A stretch of DNA of 64,000 nt. Source: Lytechinus pictus. Lineage: Eukaryota. Below, piece after piece: positions 29,701 through 42,300 of this stretch (its first letter is position 1; each line of letters opens with the position of its first letter). The notes under the pieces are model-generated. The model made no database searches and was not told the DNA's origin. It saw only the letters and a program-made list of their open reading frames with translations. A program made the position numbers and the translations under genes. The stretch is taken from positions 27,902,001 to 27,966,000 of the forward strand of contig NC_087251.1 in NCBI RefSeq assembly GCF_037042905.1, in the 5' to 3' direction.

Positions 29701-30276
29701 GGGGGGGGGGGTATTCGCAAGAGTGCGATACACGAGTTTGCATAACCAATATAGTAAAATATAGATTTGGAAAATATAGGGGAAAAAAAAATAACTACTA
29801 ATATGTTGTCAGGTGAAGTCAAATATCAATATCTACCCTGCCTATTAGTTGCTAACAATGTAATACCGTATTGGTGAAGCATGGCCGATGCCAATTAGTA
29901 AAGACCTTGGATCTGAACAGATGATTCAATCGTATACACCGTGTTTACATTAGTAATCAATTGCCAAAAATACAATGTAATTCATTGTAAGAAAAGTTGA
30001 TAAACTTTATAACCTAATAACCAACTAGTTGACCTCAGAGGGTATCATATCATTTCATTAATAAGGTATAAAAATTCAAATTACAGTATCTGATCTGAAG
30101 AGATAAATAAGCTCTAGGATTTGCAAGCTACTTTCATGCTAATATCATAAATATTTGGCATGTCCAAAACCATGCGATATAATTCCTTTTGAAATGCTGA
30201 GAGCATTGGTTTCCAAAAAAAAAGAAGAAGACATTCGACAATTGGAATATTAATGTTTATAATAAACAGTAATTAT

Positions 30277-30318
<42 letters not shown>

Positions 30319-33300
30319 GTGCTAAACATAATTATTTGTCAGGCCCCAGCAAATTTTTGGTACAGAGATATATAATAGTTGATGTATGTGAAAATTGCAT
30401 ACCTGAAAGAGATGGTCTGAATCATAACAAGGTATACTTTGGTATAACATTAGAATGCATGCTATCTTCAACGTGTATATTTGTAAAGTTTATATTAAAA
30501 TTATTCACAAGCATGCAGTTGCAAGCTATTATATTCAGCTATTATAAAAAATCATGAAGGCAAATTGTGGTCAGTCAATTTAATATCACGTTTTGATATT
30601 CTTACAGAGTAAAAGTGACACCAATGTATATGACATGGAAAGTGATGTAGATGCCCTCACACAAAGACCATGGAGTACGATGGTAAGAGGAATCATTTGC
30701 ACAGATTTATTTCTAATCCAAGAAATCTATGGTGCCTTATGAAGCTGCTTTAGTTGAATTGATTATTTAACTAAAATGCTTATTATGTAAAACTGCAGTT
30801 ACAAACAGAAATTGTATTTCATGTCATGAAACTTGTTTTGTCATGTCATCGCACCAATCATATGAGACTTCAGTGATCTATCGAAAATACCGGGCAAAAG
30901 GATATATGGGGGATATCAGTGATTTTCCTCCAAATTATGGGAAACAGTCCTACAGTTTGTTGCAAGAGTCCCTTAGATTTCTATAGAGTTCATTACGAAG
31001 TGCCATTTGGCATGAAAGACGTAGGAAAACAGCCCATGCTCAGGGGGCACGTTGTTCTCAGATAATCACAAGTCCAAAATGATGAAGTTGTGTGTGATTG
31101 AAAATCTTTCTGCAATGGCCAGTGAACATATGATTTTCCCTGCTGTAGATGCCTTATAATGATGTATTCTTTTGTCTCTCCTATCCAGTTTATCAGTTGT
31201 GGAGGTCTGAAGCATCTATTTGGTATCTTTATGTCAGCTTGTCTGGAGACGCGGGATGACACCCAGTGGAATTTTGTAAGTTCAGAGTTCTTGACTGTGT
31301 TGATGTGTACATACGCACAGAAAATAAATTATTCTTTTTCCTATGCTTCTTGAAATTTATGAAAGTTCAGTGCCTCTGTCATTGGCTTTGAAAAACGTTG
31401 CGCTCTTTGTAGTTTTCTCCATTTGTACCTTAATAAAAGAATGTGTCCGATAGACACCTTGCCCTGAAAATTTCGAAATTGGAGGCCTGATGGATGTGTT
31501 TGATTTTTTAATGTAATGATTTGATGAGCATGCCTGTAGACCTTGCTTGGTCATATCAGTGGCCAAGGGAGGGGGATTTACATGCAAGATTGATATCACA
31601 TTGGATGTATATCACAGGATTTAGGATAATCTCATCTTTGGTCCTGGCATCTTATGTTACAATAACCTTGTTATTTGAATACTGTTGTTTGTTTAAATAC
31701 TGTTTGAATACTGTTTAAAAGAACAAAAGGAATGTGATTGTCAAAGCTATTGATACTTCAGGACAATGCGTAAAATAGCCAGTTATTTTTAGCTTACTAT
31801 GTTTTCTGGAAGAAAGGCCTTGTATCCATATATTTGAAGTGATTTTAGATTTAATATCAGTTTCATATCTAATTTCTTATATTCAGTAGTATTGCTGTTA
31901 TTGTATTTGTGCTGGAAATCTCCCAAGGGAGTGGACAGTGGCTGTGGTGATAACGTATTTGTACAGCACTTGGAGATGTTTCAATATATCAAGCGCTAAA
32001 CAAAGGAATTATACTATTATCATTCTTTCATTTATTATAGATCAACAGGCATAATCAAAATACAATATACAGTTCCACAACAAGTAAGATTCAGAACAAT
32101 GAAACATTTTCTGAATTTATTCACGTCATTTCAATATCTTTCTCTTAATCAAAACATATTGGCAGTTTTGTAAGTAGGGTTCTAAGTAATGAAAAATTCA
32201 TAATTTTATTCACTTCAAGGATTCTGAAAGACAACCTGGTTTTAGCCTTTTGCTCAGAAAATTCAACTTTTCTTCTCTGTAGTGGGAGCAGGAATGCCTA
32301 GCATCTGTCCTGAAGCTCATCAATGAGTTTGCATCGGAGGAAGCGTTGAATGAACCCAGTAGTGATCTAGATGAAGTCTTTGATGAACCACCCTCGTCTT
32401 CCTCATCGTCCAGTGAGGAGGTACCAAGGAAGAGGGCCAGGACAGCAGCGAGACAAAGGAAGGATAGTACAGACTCTGGTAGACTCACCGTCAGGTTCTC
32501 TGCTGTAAGTCCAGGGCCCAGTCTTACAAAGATTTGGACTCGCTTCAAATCAATCTCAAATTCAAACCTGCCAAGTGGTTCTATGAAATAATCCTGTTGT
32601 GAGGAAAAGATTTAGATTGTACTGTTAAGTGAATGAAATGCCAATTAAACTGTCCTTTTTAATAAATAGAACATACAGGAGCTACTACTCCAACTTGTTT
32701 AGTGAATTAAATGCTAATTCAACTGTCTTTTTTTAATTAAAAAAAATATGCAGGATCTACTATTCCATCATCCCATCTTGTGTAGTGATTAAAATGTCTA
32801 TTTGTGTGGAGTTTTTTATAATTAGAAAATGTGGGAGCTGCAATCAGCTGCTAGCTCTACCTTATTAGTAAATAAAATACCAGTTTAATTTTTTTTCAAA
32901 TGTTTAATAAACAGAAAATGCAGGAGCTGCTAGCCCAACCTGGTGTGTTAGAGAGGCTAATGGGTGTATTATACAAAGCTGCTTCTCCTGGGGACTCCAC
33001 TCTTGTGCAGGCAGGTTACTGGGGTAAGTATCAATGGAAGCGTTATATATTTTCTTAATGAAATCAATGTACAGAGGAGCATTTCATAAAACAAATAGAC
33101 AATGATTTAATACCAACTATAGCTTAAAGTACTGTATACCTCGCCTCTAATTGACTAAAAGAATTAGTTTTTGTTTGTTATGTTCTTCATGTTACCTCAT
33201 GGAATCACATTATGGTATCATTCAATTTGATTGGCTGATGGTAAACTTGTTACAGAAAATTTGCATTTGTTATAAAAAAAAATGTCTTTATGAAATGAGA

Positions 33301-36300
33301 CCCAAGTAGTTGCAAGTTCCCTCTCATATTCAGGGTCAACTGGATTTTGATTTTATTGTGCCTTGTAAATATTGTTAGTTAATTACTGGGTGTAAGCCAA
33401 AGCATATTTTTTGCATTAAAGTTTCTGAAGCTTCCTGAATTTACGTTATATGAGATGATGTTTATATGTGGCATAGTGATTATAATTGATAACTTTATTT
33501 GTTTCCTATTTTCTATGTGACGATATACAAGACATCAAAATTCTTTTTATTTCTATGTGTATCTAAGAAGCTTAGCCTTAGATCACCCATTTTCTTCACA
33601 TAATGTGTAATAAGTTGACTGATAAATTGTAATAAAGCATGCCTGTAGACCTTGCTTGGTCATATTAGTGGCCAAGGGAGGGGGATTTCCATGCAAGATA
33701 AAAGCCTATCAAATGGTTGGTATACTCTGTAGATCTATCCAATCTATAGATATCTACCTTTGTGTGCTACATTCATGCAATGTTGTATTTTATTAGCTTG
33801 TAGGTTTGGCCTGAAATATGATTCCCTTTTCAATACTAAGAGCCAATTCAAGGAGCCTACATCTTTCGGTCTTTCTATTCACGAGTACAAGTCACATTTT
33901 TTATTGTATATTTCATGTGTAATCTACTATGAAAAATTCCACCTAGGGTGCTTGTCAATTCCATTATATGACCTAACCCTGAAATGTATTGTACATCATT
34001 CTATCTTTCTATTTGTCGAAGTTAGAAAGAAAAGCTTCATTATTTTCTTTTGAGTATGAACAATGGGGAATCTAGGACCCATAACACAACACATAAGGCT
34101 TGATCGTTGGGCTGATATTTATGCTCGAATACATAGATCATTATGTACAATCAAGCGCACAAGTCAACTGTATGATCAGTCACTACGTTTTGTATTACAG
34201 GCTTAGGCATTGCTCAATGATGAGAATAGTACATATGGCCCTTTTTAAAAATTCTTTGATACAAGTTATAGGAAAATATGCAATACACAGAATTAAGCAG
34301 TTACAAAAGACAGCAGTAGTCAGGTCTTCAATTTTAATATTTTTAGGGCAATGTCACTTTTCGATTGAGTACATTTCTATGTAACAGCACAAATTAAAAA
34401 CTGTAAGAGGACATAAAACTTCAAGGCCAATTAGATGGGCATTGGAGTCAATCAAAGACATCCACGACAGTGTTCTTTGATGACCTTCGCTGAAATTAAG
34501 CCCTGAGAAGTGATTATAATCAACGTCTTGTTTTTTTTTTTATCAGTTGTACATTATGCAATGAAGTTGTTGGTGTCATGGGCATCCACAGACCCGGAAG
34601 TAAAGATGGCTATTGGTCAGTATGAGAAGCTTGACCAGTGGTTACGAAGGCTAACACTTCAGACCAATGAGGTGAGTCAGGTTTAGATTATAGGTCATTT
34701 GTAAGGTTAAATTGAGAGAGGTTAAAAAAGAAAGCAGTATGTATATCAGTTAGATTTACTTTTAGTGTTTATTCAAATTCAGTTATTTATTTAATTCAAC
34801 TTTATCTGATTCCATATAAAAGTAGTAACACCAAGATACATAATTATTATTATGATTATTCATTCGGCATTTCAAAATACATAAATTATAGTACAATACA
34901 AATTACATAAACAATAGGACACGTGACATAGTACAAAGGACCTGGAATAGAGATGAAGGGGCTGCCTGGGTTTGGAAAAGGTTAAATAAAATAACCATGA
35001 CCCACAGGTCTTCCCACATCCCTTTACCTCCATCCAGGTCAGTATAAGAATATGAATATAATATAAATAATAATTAATACAAATTAACAATTTTTCACTT
35101 TGTATTGTATTTTTCTTTGAATATTACTGTATAATTATCTTTTTTTTTAATGGTTGAACTTAATAAATGAAATGAAATAAAAAAATTTCCTTTAATATCG
35201 ATGCAGTACTAAAGATGCAATGACAATGAAAATAGAAATTTGGTTGTTTTAAAACAAATTGGTTGGGGGGTTTTAACAGCCATCTTGGGGAAAATTATAG
35301 ATATTCAACAAAAGCTTAGGCCCCTTTTGACTTTCTAATTCAACAATTTAGAGAGTTCTATGTCTCATTTTGAAAATTGTAGTGCAGGGATGAATTTTTA
35401 AGACTAATTTTCAGGGGCTCCCCTTTGAGCTTGACTGCTCGATTTTAATTTTTGATGAAGATTTTACATTGCACAATATTGAAATGTGATGTTCAGGTTT
35501 CGTTTAAGAGTATTTTTACCCCTCATAATCAAGTATCTTTTCTATGCTGGAAATTTTATATTTATTTATGTTGGAAGACTCTGTGAATCTTGTTGAAAAT
35601 TACCAAATTCTGAGAGCATGCACTGCTGGAACATCTGATCCAGCAAGCAAATTGAAGTTTTAGAAGAAATCCATTTAATAACAAAATGTATGTCCTGATC
35701 ACTGTGCATGGGAAGAATGTGAATGCATCATATGAATCCCACTAAATGGGATTTTTTTTTCCCACTTTACATTATTTGTAAGTTGACCTCCCAATTCCCA
35801 AACACTTGTTTTCTTCAATCTCGAATATCTGTTATCCACCTGTAGATCTACATCAGACGAGAGGTGTGTGATGGTCTGTTCAGACTGTGTGAAGGCCTTG
35901 ACCCATCCAGTCAACATTTCTTATGGTCTCTACTCAGAAGTCTCTTCACTTCATTAGATACAGCACTCAACCTACAACCAAAAAAGGTATATTCTTTTTA
36001 GAATTCAAGAAATCTGAGAATTTGTTTCTTATGTTGAGGGCAAAAGCTTAATCAATACTTATTTTCAACCAACACAGATGAACCTTCATGATGACAAGGT
36101 ATATTCTTAATTTAGACATTAGGATTTTCAAGAATTTGTTAATTTGATACCCATCTCTCTCACTAGTGGGTGGGCTTCTAGGTGAATTATTCTTGCTTTT
36201 TTTCTGCGGTAGATAATATGTAATTTTAGATTTCAAAACATAGCCCGTGACATCAAATCTTCTCTCCCTTAATGCTCCACTCTCCATCTTCATGCGCAGT

Positions 36301-39300
36301 AAGGTTGGTTTCCACATCAGATTCCGCATCGTGGATGAGGATTCTTAATCTCCCAAATCTTGTATTTCAAGACATGAATGCAGTGATTTTCCAAATTCAC
36401 AAACACATTTATCTTCAAACTGCAGGAAGTGGCTTGTCACCCAGTTGTGCCCTTAAGTACCTAGAGTAAGATTTTACCGCACTCAATTTCACCTACAAAA
36501 TATCTCACTGTACGGAGCTACTTGGGTGCTTCCTGGTAACATTCACTCATTGCGAAATTGGAGTATGAAGCAAAAATGAACTGGCTGATTTAGTGAAGCC
36601 AACACAGAGTTATAAATAACTTGAATTCATGAGATTAATTTATGCACAAAATACATTACATCATTCCTTCTTCCTATGTCATATTTGCAGGGAAGTGACA
36701 AGAGCTGCGATGACAGTATCCCTAGTTGCCGTGACTACTTCTGGCTCCTGTGTCTGTTGATGGACAACCTCCATTGGCAGGGAGACAGTCCCCATGCTAG
36801 TGGGGTTGGGGTTGGAGCAGGCAGGATTGACCCAGAGAAGGTCAATGCTGAGCTAGACTCCTTCACCTCACTGCTCTCCCAGAAGATTGAAAGGTAAGAT
36901 GTCAGGAGGATTTCATGACTGAGGAAAGAACAAGCTTTTTGAGAGAGCTTGTGGTCCCAAAGTGTGCTGTATGAGAATGTCATGGCTTATGAAAGAACAA
37001 GCTTTTTGAGAGAGCTTGTGGTCCCAAAGTGTGCTGTATGAGAATTTCAAGGCTTATGAAAGAACAAGCTTTTTGAGAGAGCTTGTGGTCCCAAAGTGTG
37101 CTGTATGAGAATTTCATGGCTTATGAAAGAACAAGCTTTTTGAGAGAGCTTGTGGTCCCAAAGTGTGCTGTATGAGAATTTCATGGCTTATGAAAGAACA
37201 AGCTTTTTGAGAGAGCTTGTGGTCCCAAAGTGTGCTGTATGAGAATTTCATGGCTTATGAAAGAACAAGCTTTTTGAGAGAGCTTGTGGTCCCAAAGTGT
37301 GCTGTATGAGAATTTCATGGCTTATGAAAGAACAAGCTTTTTGAGAGAGCTTGTGGTCCCAAAGTGTGCTGTATGAGAATTTCATGGCTTATGAAAGAAC
37401 AAGCTTTTTGAGAGAGCTTGTGGTCCCAAAGTGTGCTGTATGATAATTTCATGGCTTATGAAAGAACAAGCTTTTTGAGAGAGCTTGTGGTCCCAAAGTG
37501 TGCTGTATGAGAATTTCATGGCTTATGAAAGAACAAGCTTTTTGAGAGAGCTTGTGGTCCCAAAGTGTGCTGTATGAGAATTTCATGGCTTATGAAAGAA
37601 CAAGCTTTTTGAGAGAGCTTGTGGTCCCAAAGTGTGCTGTATGAGAATTTCATGGCTTATGAAAGAACAAGCTTTTTGAGAGAGCTTGTGGTCCCAAAGT
37701 GTGCTGTATGAGAATTTCATGGCTTAGGAAAGAACAAGCTTTTTGAGAGAGCTTGTCCCAAAGTGTGCTGTATGAGAATTTCATGGCTTATGAAAGAACA
37801 AGCTTTTTGAGAGAGCTTGTCCCAAAGTGTGCTGTATGAGAATTTCATGGCTTATGAAAGAACAAGCTTTTTGAGAGAGCTTGTGGTCCCAAAGTGTGCT
37901 GTATGAGAATTTCATGGCTTATGAAAGAACAAGCTTTTTGAGAGAGCTTGTGGTCCCAAAGTGTGCTGTATGAGAATTTCATGGCTTAGGAAAGAACAAG
38001 CTTTTTGAGAGAGCTTGTGGTCCCAAAGTGTGCTGTATGAGAATTTCATGGCTTAGGAAAGAACAAGCTTTTTGAGAGAGCTTGTCCCAAAGTGTGCTGT
38101 ATGAGAATTTCATGGCTTATGAAAGAACAAGCTTTTTGAGAGAGCTTGTGGTCCCAAAGTGTGCTGTATGAGAATTTCATGGCTTAGGAAAGAACAAGCT
38201 TTTTGAGAGAGCTTGTGGTCCCAAAGTGTGCTGTATGAGAATTTCATGGCTTATGAAAGAAAATTCTTGCGAGAATGATTTAAAGATTGAAGAGATAACC
38301 AAAACCTTACATGTTTTTAAATTAATAATTCCAGTGATTATGAACATTTTCCATACAAAGCTCTTTGAGAGGGCATGTTGTCCTGAAATAGTGTATCAGA
38401 GAGCAAACTGATATATGAATAGGAAAACTGATACTATGTGTGTGTAATTGTGTGACAGTACAAGTCCTGCAGCAATTACCTTTTATTGAAAATCTTGTAG
38501 TTAACAATTCTACAAATTCAATGATTGTGTGAGTAGGTCAAGGCATATTGTCTCATTTTCTTCCCTTAATAGATTTCATAATGGACATTTCTTATCTTAC
38601 ATGGAAGATTCAAAAGAGGATAATTAATAGCAAAGTTATGTCATTATTTGTTCAAAAAATTGATATTTTAATCTGTCAAAATGTTATGATAATTACCCAT
38701 TTACAAATATCTGTCCTCTTCCCTGCAGCCGTCCCATCCTGGAAGGTCGTCATAGCACTGTAGAGGATTTAGCTCTAGCTGGTCTCATCAAGCTATGTAC
38801 AGCAGCTGTTAAACACAATCCACCATTCAAGTTCAGTGAAGGTGGACAGGTAAGGCATTATTCTGATCTTTCTTAGGAGTGTTGTGGTCTCGCCTTTGAA
38901 ACAGAGGTTGTATGGTTCGAATCCCAGTCATGACATAATTTCCTTCAGCAAGAAATTGGTCCACAATGTGCTGAGGTGAATGGGTACCTGGCAGGATTAA
39001 TTCCTTAAATGCACCAAGCGCTATTAAGCAGTTGTAGATAAAGCCAGGGTAATATATAGTGTATAATGAATAAACAACTAGATAATCAGCACCTTACAAA
39101 TGCTATGTTATTACTATTATCTAAAATATATTTTAAAACACACTCCCTTTGCCTGATCTGCACCACATTATAAAGACTATTTCACCTTTTGTTATCGCAC
39201 AGAATAAAAGTTTTAATTCTAACCATGATGTGATAATATTATTTTGCATTTATAAAACATTTGATACATTTAAAAAAAATAGTAAAAACCAATAGCAATA

Positions 39301-42300
39301 CTACATATTTCGGATAAACCTGACACTTCTCTGAAATTTCGAAGAATTCAATGATTTGTCCTATTCTTGGCTTATTATTTTCTTATAGTGTGTGACGCTA
39401 ATTTTTTGTATCTCCTTTAACCATTTCTTCACTTACTTTCTTGTGCAGAAGTTTGTAGAGACTGTCTTTGACTGCCTGTTCTCACTGCCGACCCCCGGAC
39501 ACCAGAATCTACCCAAGTGCAAATCAAGAACCAGTCGACTGGCAGGATTTGATCTCCTTCTAGAGCTGGCTAGAGAATGCCAGGCAAACTATACACTGCT
39601 TCACAAGCTAATGTTCCAGCAGCATGCGCCAAGTGAGTGTAAAATTATTTCCTGCTTTGGAAGTCATATTCCTGTTTATACTATGTTGTTTTATAAGGTA
39701 TAATGAATTGTTGAACATAACATTTTTGTAAAAGAGTGAAAAACAGTCAAATCTGTCTATTATACTGTTCAATGTTAATGATGTATGCTGCTTTTTTAAA
39801 GCGCTTAGAAACACCATGTATTAAGCGCTATATAAATACAATGTATTATTATTATTATTATTATTAAGACTTTAAAGAAAGATACCAAAAGCTATTCAAA
39901 TTTGTAGTCTTGATAGACAAATGGTCCTTCTGTACATTTAGTCATGACAACAGGTTTGACTTTAAAAGATTTCTGATGAAGCCACCCTGTTTTAGAAAGA
40001 CTTAGTAAAGGAATAAAAGACTAAACCTTTTCTATTTTTGTATCTGTTATTTTCAGACACCCATCCGCCCTATCCCTGGGAATACTGGCCCCAGGATGAC
40101 AGTCGATCATCATGTGGTTACGTTGGTCTGACTAACCTTGGTGCAACCTGCTACATGGCTTCCTGTATGCAACAACTCTTCATGATGCCTGAGGCTAGAG
40201 CTCCCATCCTGCAAGCAAAGGTAGGACATCTTATTTCTCCTTTTTGACATTTGTTTTCACCTGTAGGGCACTTAATTTCTCTTTAATGACATTTGAATTC
40301 ATCTTTAGTTTTAAGCACCTTGTCCAGTGTGGGATTCTATTACATTCTATCTAAAATATTCAGTGTAACTGTACATGTAATAGCATTGGGGGCAGGGTTG
40401 TCATCAGGAACTTGTTTTTTAAGTGGTAGAAATTTTCTTGCCTAGCCACATGGTTTCAGGAGAATGACAGCCAGTCAGTTTTCAGGGCTCGAACATAAAA
40501 AAATCATGTTTCTACACACAGTACTGTTGCTGCAGCACCAAGCATCGTATTTATTTGGGTCATGGCAACCCCATATAAACAGGTATTTTTCTTACTCTCT
40601 TTGCAGTAATTTAAAATGTAACATTATTAAATGAGTACCATAATGTCATATATCTGAATGTATGTGTACTTGTGATTATTCCTTGTCTTATTTTAGGTAA
40701 GTGAGGCAAACAAGCACGCCAGCATCTTGAGTGAGACTCAGCGGATGTTTGCCTATCTCCAGGAGAGCGAGAGGAAGGCGTACAACCCTCGTAGCTTCTG
40801 CAGGGTGTACACCATGGACAAGCAGCCCCTGAACACAGCAGAACAGAAGGATATGACAGAGTTCTTTACTGATCTCATCAGTAAGATGGAGGAAATGACT
40901 CCAAGACTGGTAAGTCAAGTTCATAATATTCAAGTGCTAAATACATCAACGCGAAGTCTCTGAGCACTTTACTGATATATTATTTGTTAATCAAATTATT
41001 TGCTTGTCCACATGCGCTTTCTCCACTTAATGGGAAGCTCTCACGCAGGAGTTTCTACGGTAAAATACTAGGCATACCTCATTGACTTTCCCATCCTATT
41101 GGATACCCTTTTAACATCTGGTTTGATTGGGGCTAAGTGTAGATTGATGTCTTATCAGAGGGCACTAGTGCTTCCATGGGATTAGAACACACAACTCTGG
41201 TGACAAGGCAGAAGTTTAACCACTACACCAAACAACTTCCAGCACCCTTTTTGACCATCGATTGTGGAACAAATTTTCATGGTCGATTACATTGACCACA
41301 ATGTACAAACAATCATAAAAATTAGTTGTTGTGATCGGTCACTTAGCTTTCATTGGAGGACCCTAGTCTATCAATTGAGTGCATCAAATTGGGATGAAAC
41401 TTGTTGCAGACAGATTGAAATTAATTTGAGCTCTAAGAATATAACTTATTGAATTAAAGATGCGTCAAAACCAGAGAGTCTATTGATTGTGTAATGCAGA
41501 GGGAATGGCATTGTTATTATAGAAAATTCAGTCACCTAATATTCTATATTACTTTTATATTTATTTTATAACAGAAAAACACTGTAAGTAGCCTGTTCAA
41601 AGGAGAGCTGACAAACAATGTTGTATCCTTGGTGAGTATACACATTTTCGTGAAGTTGTGAACGTTTAAGTCTCAATAGAAGGTTGATCAAATTTAGATG
41701 GATTTCTGGCTTGTACCCAGTAAATACAGCAGAATACAATCATGAAACCTGCAAGATTCGGACTTGTCGTCCAATGATTGCCAGGCAGCGACTCTACCAA
41801 CAGCTCTGCTTCTTATATGTTTTGCCTTTTAAATATTTTTAATTGTTTATCGGGTGCAAGCCAAAATCTCTTTGCATTAATTCCTGCCAGTTCCTGAATT
41901 TTCAATGTGTGGGATGATTCTTGTATGTGTCATAGGGGTTGTAATTTGTGTAGTGTCTTTTGTTTAGTATCTCTCCCCTTGTGATAAACAAGACAGCATT
42001 AAAATCATTTTTCATTTGTGCACATTTAGACAAAGGACCTCCCTTTTTTGCACCTAATGCATAAGAATTTGACTATGAGATTGTAATAAAGCATGCCTGT
42101 AGACCTTGCTTGGTCATATTAGTGGCCAAGGGAGGGGGATTTCCATGCAATATTAATATCACATTGGATGTATATCACAGGATTAAGAAATATTACATTT
42201 TCCGATCCTATCATCTTTTGTTACAGTTTTAGATTCAGCATGTGTTACAGTTAAGAATGTCAATATACATGTACTGCATGATTTTTCTCGCCTATTGATT

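Noticed and set aside
31079..31085. C box ATGATGA of a C/D snoRNA
   Set aside because: No CTGA D box downstream within the intron.
36908..38260. CRISPR-like array with palindromic repeats
   Set aside because: No unique spacers, contiguous near-identical units, eukaryotic intron, no cas genes.
41623..41630. U12-type donor GTATCCTT
   Set aside because: Lies inside exon 31 coding sequence (NVVSL); a normal GTGAGT donor follows and keeps the frame.
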